A stretch of 33,268 nt of DNA, taken from contig NW_021836746.1 in assembly GCF_006345805.1 (NCBI RefSeq), forward strand, positions 1 to 33,268, read 5' to 3'. The first letter of the stretch is position 1; the number at the start of each line of letters is the position of its first letter. Shown one piece after another: positions 9,683 to 20,180 of this stretch. The translations under genes were made by a program, and so were the position numbers. This DNA is from Octopus sinensis (taxonomy: Eukaryota). A model generated the notes under the pieces. It did no database searches. It saw nothing but the letters and a program-made list of their open reading frames with translations, and was not told where the DNA came from.

Positions 9683-12600
9683 CGTTTAATAAAAATTAAT
9701 TATGTAAATTCTATCTTAAATTATTTAAGAATCCAGATCGTCAGTGATTTCTCTTCTTCGCTTGGAAGAAGAGTTTGCAACAAAATTCTCATCATTTTCC
9801 ATTTCTGCGTCAAAGTAATTGTTCAACTGAGTGTCCTCACGACATGCCAGCTCCGCAAGTTGATTGGCGGCAGAGGCGTACTCCTCGTTGTCTACCTTCA
9901 TCCCATGTCTGTGTTCAATAAGCATACTCTCTAGAGTCCTCTTCAGCACAACCGACTGGATGTATGTCCTCGTTCCTTCTTCAATGGATAACTTGTCCAT
10001 ATGACTTTTAAAGAACTTTGAGACAACTCCCATCCCATGTCAAGACAATTGGAATAATCTTCACTTTTGCTTCATAGAGAACTGACAGTTCGTTTGCAAG
10101 CAGGTCATATTTGTGAAATTTCTCTACTTCAACTTGCTTTAAAACGGTCTTGCGAGGTAACTCCTCCCACTTCGATTAAATGAATTTCTCTTTTCCTCTT
10201 GTCATAAAACGAAGATATCAGGTTTATTGAATTGAACCTTTGTTTCAGTCATAATTGAAGTGTCAACTCTGATTTCGACATTTTGGGTCGACAGTGTTGA
10301 CACGACTGAATGTCCTTTCAATTTCCTGCTTCGTTTTATTCCATACATTCGACACAAGTGGAGATGAATACACTTTACCACTTCGTTGTGTCTTCGGAGA
10401 TAATCACTGTTTAGCATCCTACCACACCGCGTGGCTAGATGGTCAACAGTCTGCCTGCTTTTTTTGCAGTGGACGCATAGTGATCCCGTGTATGCAAAGA
10501 ACAAATTCCTATCTTGCAAAAGACAGTACAATGCTTCGCTTCGTGGACCATTGTTCCCTTTCGATAGCCATTGCGAAGAAGTAGATATGTCGACATCTGA
10601 TTCCTCCATACATTTGAACATCACCGAGTGTAGTGATTTACTGTTAATTCGGTTAAGCAAGAGTTTCCTTTGTGCGTCCTTCAGTAACTCAATGGTCAGA
10701 TTTTCCCTGCCGACAGCTGCATATTTGGAGACAAGAAATTCTGCGATTGTGGCTAAGTGCCATTTTTTTCCTTTTATTACTCGCAGAATACCCGACCTCC
10801 GCAGACAGGTAGTCGACTGTTTTTCCAAACTTTTAAGAAACTGGAAGAGCATTAATTCGCTTTTGAAAGAAATTGAGGCAAGTCCTCTTCCAAGGGTCTT
10901 GCGGTCCAAATACAACCTCTCCTTATTTGCAGGCTGGAGGTGTAACTTGAGAGTCGTAAGCAATCGGCGTATTTGTTGGTCAATCTCATCAAATTCGTAA
11001 GGTTCAATATTGATTAGCCCAATATAATAATTATATAGGGATAATGCATATTCATTGATTCCACGAAACAAATTTACAGCATTCAGGTTTGTTTTTGACA
11101 ACATAGTTATCCTCTTCTTGACATTCTCCAATATGGAGTCCATAACTTTATTCTTGAGAACATTACTTCCGCCATCTTCAAGTACACCCAAGTAGCGATA
11201 TCCGTTGATTCCATCGACAGTCTCACAGCATGATAAAGATTCCACATTAGATGCTGATTTTTCGGAATTCATCTCTAGGCCGACACTTTCAAAAAATCCA
11301 TTAACAGCCTCCATCATTTTGACTAACACATCTTCTTTGAGGGCAACTATTTTCAGATCGTCAATAAAGAAGAAATGATTGGTGGAGTATGTCAACATAT
11401 TGGGATCTTCCCGACTAATTTCGAGTTTGGGAAACATGGAGTTAAGCATCCTGCTTAGGGGATCCATCGCCATAACGAATAGCAGCGGGGATAATGAATC
11501 TCCTTGGAGTATTCCCCGGCTTAACTTTACTTTCCCAATTCTTTTCCCATCGATATGTAAGTTTACTGTCCACTTCTTGACTATGTTCTTTACAAAGCTG
11601 ACAATCCAATGTGGTATTCCAGAGCAATCCAATACGTGGAACAAGAACTCGTGATCAACTGAGTCAAATGCCTTCTTCACATCGACCCAAGCAGAATAGA
11701 GGCCATTTCCATACTCCTTATTTAAGCATTGGTTAATGAGGGCTTGCTCTTTGGCACCTTGACATTGCTTCCTCGTCCAAGCTGATTATCTGAGATTAAG
11801 CCAAATGCCTCGATGAAATCGGCCAGTTTGGCATTAACACATTTGGTGACAAGTTTATACAAAGTTGGCATACACGTTATAGGGCGTAAGTCCTTCGGGG
11901 TCTCACACTCACTTTTTTTAGGGATCAAGTAAGTTACGCCAGTGTAAAACCAGCTATCGGGCGTGTACTCTCCATTAATTATTCGGACTATCTCTTTACA
12001 CAGAAACCCATGCAAAGAATCCATCTTCTTTAAGAAAAAGTTATACGTTCCGTCGCATCCGCATGCCTTCCAGTCAGGTGCACATTTGAGCATATCCATA
12101 ATAAAATCACTTGTGAAATGAGGTCGCATGGTTTCACCGCCAGTACACCTCACACCCACAAAATCATAAACTACGGGCCCCATATTTTTCTTGCTCCAGA
12201 CATCTTCCCAAAATGATAAGCACTCACCATCACCAAACCCATACAGGGTGGCTTCGTTGCTCGAAGATAAGTTTCGATAAAATCTTCTGCGGTTTAATTC
12301 AAAACACGCATTGTCTTTCCGGAAATTTTTCCTCGAGGAATGGATAGATATCTGTTTCTTTTTGATTCTAATTAGATCATTCAATAGAGTCTCAATTCTG
12401 GTTAGCTCCCCCTTCTTAGACTTCTTATATCCGTAGCGGCAGAGAACATCCATTGCCTTTTGCTTTTCTGCCTGAGGCAAGGTTTGTTTGGAGAAGGAAC
12501 GAACTGTGTCAATTTCATCTGCTAATTTAGAGATTTTTCTTTCCGTGTTTTCCAACCATGTGCTCTGTGGTCTGGCTCTCGTAGTTAAAGCCAAATAAGC

Positions 12601-13262
12601 ACACTGTACAGCATATAGAATATCGGTAATTTGATTAATATCTTGGGGCGGATCATCTTTTGTAATATGATAAATTGCAGAATTTAATCCAGCCAGGATA
12701 TCAGTTTTTACCATCCTTCGTTGCACCTTTGGAGTTGGCTTTCGAGAGTCTCTCTGAATAGACTGAACTTTCCCAATTTGGAATTTGAGTTCCTCTAGGC
12801 AATTTCTGAAACTGGAAATTTCTACGTCCACATCATCTTGCACTCTGGAAGAGTCGCATCTCCCTTGCACATTGTTATTCCGTCTAGCCATGCTCTTTAG
12901 TTGGCATAAACTGGAGCACTTTGCCGAGTACTTCTCATTGAACTTATCCAGGACAAGGTTCCAACCACCTCTTGGCATCCTTCCAAGTCTTTGCTTCGCG
13001 GCAAGGGCAATCTGAGACACCCATTCGCCTTCAGAGACACCATTGACATTTCCGATGATCGCAGAAAGAGAATGCAAGTTAGTTTTGGCAGCATCACCAA
13101 CAAGATCTTCTTTAACACCATTAGCTCTTGTGGCATTGTGAGGTCCCATAGGCGACGGTCCTGTCTTTTTTAAGTTCTTTTTATTTGCAGGAAGGCCCGT
13201 AGGTTTCGTTTTCCTTAACTGCTTGGAAACGTACATGCACACACCACAACAACTAAAATTCT
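9683..13262 (-). mobile_element. Near full-length R4/Dong-type non-LTR retrotransposon (single ORF RT-CCHC-RLE), inactivated by frameshifts
   Basis: RT motifs LRPITCMPTLYK, D.KKAFDSV, GILQGDSLSPLLF, FIDD and YRYLG. Zinc knuckle CVHC...DHLATRC, RHN motif, PDI..D and KYD RLE motifs. First ATG at 13236, stop at 9725. One 1-bp deletion at ~11777 and three +1 insertions at ~10207, ~10140 and ~10030. Confidence 0.88.
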
Positions 13263-13275
13263 GCACAATACAAAA
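13263..13275 (+). repeat. 13-bp target-site duplication, right copy
   Basis: gcacaatacaaaa, identical to 9670-9682. Confidence 0.75.
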
Positions 13276-13760
13276 TAATATAATAAAATTAATTTAGGGT
13301 TAATTTAATGATCCCTTTTTATATCGACCAAGAAAAATATCGGCTATTTTTGCAAAATATATCGTACTAGCTCGGCAGCTCGCTTCGCTCACCGCGACCT
13401 AGCTCCTGCGGAGGGCCTGTTTCATCAAACAACTATAAGTTTATGTAGATGTATAAAACTACCTGGTTTAATGTAACCCTATTCTATCGCCTGTTGATAA
13501 ACGATGTTTGTCGTCCGTCCTTCCTTGGCATATATGAATAAATTTTCTCTTCTGCCTACCCTCGAGCATCCCACATACAGCTGTCCATGTGAAAAGCACT
13601 CACTCTAAAAATAACCCAACTACCTTTAATGACTGTCCCTGGGCCTTGTTTATTGTCATTGCAAACTTTTTTTTTTCATTTTTTGTGGTTTATTTTTTTA
13701 TATTTAATTTTTTCATTTTTCCTTTGTAATTTCCTTTTTTTTATTTTTTTATTTTTTACT

Positions 13761-13860
13761 GGCGGAAATGGGGCAGGGGGAGATGCGGCAGGCGGAAATG
13801 CGGCAGGCAGAGATGCGGCAGGCAAGAAAGCGACACACAAAAAAGCGACACACAAAAAAA
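13761..13860 (+). repeat. 15-bp tandem repeats: ~4 x GGCGGAAATGCGGCA-like, then 2 x AAAAAAGCGACACAC-like
   Basis: Read directly from the sequence. Confidence 0.85.
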
Positions 13861-14050
13861 TTTAATTAATTACCTTATTAAGCTGACCGTTTTTCTTCAG
13901 CTTCGTTTTTCCTCCTTCGGTTATCTATTTAAAAAATTATTTTTGAATAATAAAAAAGTTTAGGAAAAGGCATACCGAAAATAAATTCTATCTTTACGAA
14001 AAACTCAAGTAAATAGTTAATATTTTTACGCAAATTCTTCTGATTGCGCT

Positions 14051-14356
14051 GTCAATTGGTGGTAATTGTGTTAATGATTGTGCTAATGTGGTTTCAACTA
14101 TCAAAGTGTTTTTAAAAATCTGTTAATTGCACACTCTATTCAAGGTCGTGCGTCAATTGGTGCTAAATTGTGTTAATGATTGTGCTAATGTGGTTTCAAC
14201 TATCAAAGTGTTTTTCAAAATCTGTTAATTGCACACTCTATTCAAGGTCGTGCGTCAATTGGTGGTAAATTGTGTTAATGATTGTGCTAATGTGGTTTCA
14301 ACTATCAAAGTGGTTTTTCAAAATCTGTTAATTGCACACTCTATTCAAAGTCGTGC
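14051..14356 (+). repeat. Minisatellite, 3 x ~102 bp
   Basis: Unit gtcaattggtg...attcaaggtcgtgc starts at 14051, 14152 and 14254. Confidence 0.95.
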
Positions 14357-14565
14357 AATCTGTGATTGCACATTCTGTCAAAGTCAAATATGATAATAGC
14401 TTTAATTTTGATTCATGGTCGATAATGATATATGCAATTAATTTTAAGAGAAAAACATAGGATGAATTGAATTTCTTTATCGCGAATAATTGGGAGTTCA
14501 TCATTGTTAATATTCTCGCTGTCGTTTTCATCAAGGATATTCTTAATACGTGAGATTTTTGCCTT

Positions 14566-15079
14566 GAAGGTTTTAATGGACCTCATCATGAATGTCGAGG
14601 ACATTCGCGTTGTTCATTTTAATCAAAATGCAGAAAATAATTTTTTGATTTTTTGGGGGAAAGGTTTTAAGGACTTCATCATGTAAGTCGAGGACATTGT
14701 AGTTGTTCATTTTAACCAAAATGCAGAAAATTTTTTTTAATTTTTTTTGGGGGGAAGGTTTTAAGGACTTCATCATGTAAGTCGAGGACATTGTAGTTGT
14801 TCATTTTAACCAAAATGCAGAAAATTTTTTTTAATTTTTTTGGGGGGGAAGGTTTTAAGGACTTCATCATGTAAGTCGAGGACATTGTAGTTGTTCATTT
14901 TAACCAAAATGCAGAAAATTTTTTTTAATTTTTTTTGGGGGGGAAGGTTTTAAGGACCTCATCATGTAAGTCGAGGACATCGTAGTTGTTCATTTTGACC
15001 AAAACGCAGAAAAATTTTTTTTAATTTTTTTTGGGGGGAAGGTTTTAAGGACCTCATCATGTAAGTCGAGGACATCGTA
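14566..15079 (+). repeat. Minisatellite, ~5.5 x 94-95 bp
   Basis: Unit gaaggttttaaggac.tcatcatgtaagtcgaggacat... starts at ~14566, 14660, 14754, 14848, 14943 and 15038. Confidence 0.95.
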
Positions 15080-15102
15080 TTGCCAATTTGAAGTTGGTGT
15101 GC

Positions 15103-15150
15103 ACACACAGACAGACAGACACACAGACAGACAGACAGACAGACACACAC
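15103..15150 (+). repeat. (ACAG)n/(AC)n microsatellite near the Helitron 5' end
   Basis: acacacagacagacagacacacagacagacagacagacagacacacac. Confidence 0.95.
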
Positions 15151-15171
15151 CATACCATTTTATTATTAAGA

Positions 15172-15202
15172 TTTTAAAAACGGTTTTTTTGCACTTAGTG
15201 TA
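15172..15202 (-). mobile_element. Probable outer 5' terminus of the Tc1 element, displaced by the R4 and Helitron insertions
   Basis: Minus strand reads TA|CACTAAGTGCAAAAAAACCG, a Tc1-like end. The motif aaacggttttt also occurs at ~9627-9637. Confidence 0.4.
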
Positions 15203-16156
15203 GATCAATACTTCCGGCTGTTTTAAACAAAAATATAGATCGTGTGAGAAAAATCTCCGGAAGGGGGATGGCTTAAACGAATTTAGATCACTTGAATTTG
15301 ACATGGGGAGGTAGAAAAAACTAAAAATTAATATTGTTTTTTGTGACTGTTGCACATGCCTATAAACACTATGGCTTTCGTGAAAGTACTAAAAGATTTT
15401 TTTAAGAATCTATATCTATTCATTTATACTATCTACAATTATTTTCATATTATATCGATGAAGTTAACTTATAAAAAGTTTCCAGAAAATTTTATAAAAG
15501 AAATTTTCATCTATCTGTCTCTATTGTATAAACTTTTTGCGCGTGAACCAATTTCATCAAAATGCTCAACGACACTTTTACGTAAAAAAAGGTTCAAAAA
15601 CATTCTCAAAAAAATTTCTGAAGACCAAATATGTCATAATATTTTTTAATCATTCCATAAATTTTCACGTTAGTTTATTGGATTAAATGAAATAAATAAG
15701 GAATTTTGTTATCCGCTACTTTCTTATAACTCCCACATATTAAGAAGTCCCATTTTTAGCGGATATGAAAGACTCTACTGTAACATTATTTTGATAAAAT
15801 ATAAATTTTGTTGAGTCAAAATTTTAAAATCTTTATGATCTTGAATTCAAAATAACAATTTTTTAACTATTTTTATACTCTATTTGATAAGACTGTAGTT
15901 GTTACAATCCTAAAATTTTTTTATAAATAATTTTTTTTCAATTCCAGAAAAATGTTAACCAAGGTCATCCTAGAATTATCTGATAAGTATAGAATTCATT
16001 CTTTAGTTTTAATACGGTTTACTATGTTGTTCGTTGATTAACCATTAAGTTATTTTTAATATTTACGAACTGTGAAACTTAAAAAACTTGGTAAAAATCC
16101 CCAAAAATTACAATTAATAACCAAACTCAACAAATTAGTAAAAATCCGAAAGAAAT

Positions 16157-17289
16157 TTACGGACAAATGACAATCTTTCCAAAAGTGCCAGATGAATGTT
16201 CAATAACTTCTTTGTGAGCCTCATTTGCCTGATTTAGCTCAAAAGTGGTTCCTATGACTGGATTAATTTTTCCTTCATCAATTAAACGATGAATTTCATT
16301 TGCACTTGATTCAATTTCCGACTAGTTAATATATTATATTATTAATAAACATTTTTGGCATTGAGCAAGCACATCCCCCGGACGGTTAGTTCTCCGGCGA
16401 GGATCTGACGTGGATTTATTTCAATATCTCCCCGAGCTCCCACAATCTAAATTTGTCAAAAATATTGAAAACAATTATTCTTCCTTGAAATGTCGAAATA
16501 AAAAAATCGTTAGCAAGATTAACATTTGCTAAACATTCAATAATCAAATCAAATTTCATATTTGCGTTCTAAATAATAAATATTTAAAATACAATAATTT
16601 TTTGAATATAATCATTTTCTTTATGATTGTAGACCTCTTTAACACCCAATTTTAAAAGCATAGTTCTCCCAGCATTAGTCCCTGCAGTCCCATATACTTC
16701 CATTCCTGCTGCAAGTGCTATTTCACAGGCGGCTATTCCAACCTAATATTATTCTATAAAACACAAACCGCCCCACTTGCGCCATGTATAAATACTTTTT
16801 CCTGCGGTTTTGCATTTCCACTGTTAGAATAATGTTAGTAAGTAACCAACCAGAAAAAAAGAGCTCGGTGAGCTGAATAGTAAGGAATGCCTAGAGCTGC
16901 CCCTTGTTCAAATGTTAGGTTTGGATGTAACGGCATGACACAGGAGGACTCGGCCACACAGTACTCTGAATAGGTACCATATGGAGATGTTGCTTTAAAA
17001 ATATAAACACGATCATTAATCTTGAAATAAAAAATAAATAATGACAAAAAATTACATTTTGATTTTTACAATTAGCTCCTACTTTAGTAATAATTCCTGA
17101 ACCATCAAAGCCTGGTGTATAGGGATATGGTTGATTTGGGAAGTATACACCACTCCGAATATATGTATCAACTGGGTTAACTCCTGCTGCCTTGACTTGG
17201 ACAAGAACTTGATCTGGGCTGATTTCTGGAATAGGCCGAGTAACAATTTCAATATTTCCAGATGGTTTAGAAACTATACAAGACTGCAT
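16157..17289 (-). CDS. CRYZ: Zeta-crystallin / NADPH:quinone oxidoreductase, 320 aa, 7 exons (17289-17056, 17020-16851, 16820-16769, 16742-16593, 16568-16473, 16446-16351, 16321-16157)
   Basis: Removing six GT-AG introns (35, 30, 26, 24, 26, 29 nt) gives a continuous 963-nt ORF. Motifs: [60 protein letters not shown]. Confidence 0.95.
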
Positions 17290-17536
17290 AACTCAAAAAT
17301 TTTAATAAAAAATTTTATTAAAAATTATATATTCTATTCTATTTATTATAACAACAATAAATATTTGAAGACCTATATCACTGCTTTATCAAGGTGAGGA
17401 TAAAAACGGGACACTAAAAGTTGTCTTCAAAATTTAAAACTGGTTAATTTTTTATTCAAATAATTAGTTTTTAAACCATTAATTTAGTAAAAAAATCTTT
17501 ATTTCAGAAATTAAACCAAAAAAATGAAGTTCAACA

Positions 17537-18013
17537 TTAAGAATACGCTCTAATGTAGGCCCAGGATTGAGATAGCATAAAAATCATACTAAACCCTAAA
17601 GAAATAAAATTAAATATATACCGGCAATGAAAATTGGCATAACTATTCCAGATTTTATTTTGGAGTTGTGAAAGACATACAACTCAGACATAAAATGTAA
17701 AAAAGCAATAAAAAATGACATAAAAGTCAAAAATTGCAAACTATATATTACCTCAAATATATATACTTTATATCATGGAACATTACAGCAGTGTAGAATC
17801 TGATTATACCAGAAAGTGCAGTCCAAACAGAAAATAATCGGCCAGTTAGAGGATTTACTATTTTGAATTATTTTATTGTGGTTAACCTTGGTCAATCGAA
17901 TTAACATAAAGACGTACTCCCAAATAACGATGAGATTTAAACGATGTAAAACTGCTCATTAAACTGATTAAACCTAAAAGTCCGATCCAAATTCTGAGAA
18001 TAAAAAGCATCAT
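17537..18013 (-). CDS. ERG28: Ergosterol biosynthesis protein 28 homolog, 131 aa, 4 exons (18013-17887, 17857-17767, 17740-17622, 17595-17537)
   Basis: Removing three GT-AG introns (29, 26, 26 nt) gives a 396-nt ORF: MMLFILRIWIGLLGLISLMSSFTSF...LY...VNPLTGRLFSVWTALSGIIR...FFIAFLHFMSELYVF...MPIFIAGFSMIFML. This matches the ERG28 signature R.FG.WT.LS..IR and HF.SE. Confidence 0.92.
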
Positions 18014-18564
18014 TTTAATCTATGATACTTTATAAATAAATTAGCCTAACGTTAAATGCCAACTAAGCCGAAGCGCTAAAGTTGTATTTAATAATATATA
18101 ATCTATTTAAAATTTAAATATTATATATTTAAAATCACCAAAATTTTAGATTTTATTTATAATCTTTAATTTCAAGGGCGTAGATAATCTATATTTACCA
18201 ACTACATTTATCATTAGCCATAGTATCAAAAAAGAGTTCTCAGTGTGTTAATCCTATGTATTTCCTGGACAGAATGGTTAAGTTATGTTAATATTTCAGC
18301 ATTTTAAATTGTTTTTAGTTATTAGCCAAAAGTGAGTTATTTTAGCATTCCACTTTATACAATAGTTTTACATCACTGACTTTTTAGTGAAACCTATTGT
18401 CAGTTCCTAACGTAATTTTCAAGATTATTACAGAAACGACATTTAATTAATAGGATAATAAATCTATTTCAAGATATGGTAAACTCACTTGACTTTTTCT
18501 AATCGTATATAAACAATCCGATGTTATTCGATTTATGATACCTAGATGGCACAAGCCAATTGAC

Positions 18565-18710
18565 TCAGAGGGCACCTAATTCCTGCCGAAAAAGGAATTC
18601 TAGAACTCTGACCCCAGGAGACATCGTCGTCCCAGGTCTATCACCATGGGCAGGATCGAAGCTTTCCGGGGGATCTCTATCGGTTACAAAGTGCGTTGGG
18701 GATCACGGAG
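18565..18710 (+). mobile_element. 5'-truncated, diverged copy of the SINE at 5565-5955
   Basis: Shared blocks GGGCACCTAAT, CCGAAAAAGGA, GACATCGTCGTC, TTTCCGG.GGATCTC and AAAGTGCGT...GGGATCAC. Confidence 0.65.
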
Positions 18711-19439
18711 ATTATAATTAATTGGTTTACTTTCTTTGGTCATTAATAAATGTCTTAAATAATAAAATATCTGGAATGTATTTTAGCAATTCAAATCTAG
18801 AGCGCATGCTTAAAGAATGTTTTATATCAACTGTTTGACACGGTTCTGTCACACGGTCTGGTTTTATTAATAGATTTGATATCTGTTTATGATTATCGAA
18901 CATGTTTGTTATTATTACACTATTAGATTTAGCCTTTCTGCACAAGTTCTATTTTTCTTTTTAACGTTTATCATTTTTTCCAACTACAAGCCAAAAGAAA
19001 CATCAACGCAGACTAAATCCATAAGCTAATCTTTTTACCAAATGTATAGATCTATTTTTCAATGTTTATCTATTAATCATAGCTGACTTTCTGGACTATT
19101 TGTACAATTTAAATGACCAATATACTTTATCCGGGGTTTCATAAACTTTTTTATTACAACTAGTGTACAGCTCTATCACCATTTACGTGTCTGCAATCAG
19201 CAAGCCTCTCTATTTGCCGTAGCCTAAATATTATTACTAGTTATTTCCAGACATTTTAAGAAGCTTGATAAGACAAGATTTTCTAATACAAGTCATCTTT
19301 GTTTTCTTGTTACTGGAGGCTGATATATAAGCTGTATAAACATATAGTTAAATCTTTTTATTAGATTATCTCAGAAAAAAATTGGAAAAATAATTTTTCA
19401 TGCAAATATCATCCTATATGAAATTTCATGACGAAGACA

Positions 19440-19915
19440 TCATCTTGGGCATCCTCTATAAGTTGGATATTCATTATGTCAGAAAAATTCTTCCATGGCG
19501 GCATTCCAAGATGTTTCTTCATTCATCTGTGAAATATGACCAAAGAGGCGCTAACGAGCTTCAATAACATCTAGACTTATTGGTACACATCCATTCAGCC
19601 TGTATAATTTTTTGTTAGAAATTTTCTTTGCCAACAATACCCAAAGAGTTTTCTTAGTTGGTTTATGTGAAAAGAATCAAGTTGTTCCATATCTTTCTTT
19701 AAAGTTCCCCATGTGCCTGCGTTGTACATGAGGAATGGTCGTAGAAATACGTTATATACGCGCAGCCGCATCTCCGCATGAATTTTTTTTCTTAATAAAG
19801 TCGATTGTAATTTTTTGAGTGTTATTATGGCTAAGATCTCCTGTCGTGTGATATCTTCTAAGTCGCCAAGTAAAGATCCGAGTTTTTTAGTATTCCTCCA
19901 CTTCTGCTCCACGCG
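19440..19915 (-). pseudogene. RTE-type LINE RT C-terminal fragment
   Basis: KKLGSLLGD.EDITR...LRVYNVFLRPFLMYNAGTW...LDSFH..QLRK (ORF 19595-19912), then RLFGHI after a frameshift. Confidence 0.8.
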
Positions 19916-19934
19916 GGAGCAGACGAAGTATTCG

Positions 19935-20180
19935 AGTTATAGAGAATTGAGGATAGTCACTTATTTCTTTATTGAATTTTTTAACAATTAAATGTTCAAC
20001 AATCAGTTTTTTAAAAGGGATACTAACACAGAATTTCCGGAAAAACGTTGATGCTTGCTTATATGGGATTTAAAAGCTAATGTCTAAAGCTTCGAGATTA
20101 ATCAGGAACATAGATGCTTGATCTATCTACACTAATGCTTGCGCTTTCGAAGTTAAAGTTCGGAAAACCCTATACGATAT
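19935..20180 (-). pseudogene. Possible decayed Tc1 transposase C-terminus
   Basis: Weak traces resembling SPDLN.IE and IP...KLI. Confidence 0.25.

Larger units (their letters stand above)
1..12657 (+). repeat. Copy 1 of a >=12.65 kb direct repeat (period ~20,614 bp)
   Basis: The window start gtaagtctcaatcattcgac recurs at 20615, and the window end ggcggatcatc matches ~12647-12657. ORFs recur at offsets of ~20609-20628. Differences are mostly 1-bp indels plus two SNP-rich patches. Confidence 0.98.
13367..15171 (-). mobile_element. Non-autonomous Helitron (~1.8 kb)
   Basis: Minus strand begins A|TCTTAATAATAAAATGG followed by (TGTC)n, and ends with a GCGGTGAGCGAAGCGAGCTGC hairpin then CGAGCTAG|T. 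This gives 5' TC, 3' CTAG, insertion between A and T, and no TSD. Confidence 0.7.

Noticed and set aside
10202-11680. Bacterial RT (retron, group II intron, DGR)
   Set aside because: The RT is followed by a CCHC knuckle, RHN motif and RLE domain and is bounded by a TSD, which is non-LTR retrotransposon architecture.
11770-11785. Programmed frameshift between the 514-aa and 492-aa ORFs
   Set aside because: There is no slippery heptamer. The break falls in a conserved RT region (QLG|TRKQCQGAKEQ) of a normally single-ORF clade, so it is a simple 1-bp deletion.
10294-13173. Plus-strand ORFs overlapping the retrotransposon (e.g. 189 aa at 10431-11000)
   Set aside because: Antisense shadows of the RT ORF with no recognisable motifs.
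13294-13299. TTAGGG next to the element 5' end as telomere targeting
   Set aside because: A single hexamer, outside the TSD, is expected by chance.
14051-14356. 102-bp array as CRISPR
   Set aside because: Whole-unit tandem repeats with no spacers, in a eukaryotic context.
14566-15079. 94-bp array as a hammerhead ribozyme/retrozyme (minus strand ATGATGAAGTCC) or as a CRISPR array
   Set aside because: There is no CTGATGA core or stem II followed by GAAA. Units repeat in full with no unique spacers, and no cas genes are present.
18180-19400. Possible third intron-containing gene or piggyBac relic (including ORF 18727-18945)
   Set aside because: I could not assemble a continuous spliced ORF or recognise a domain.
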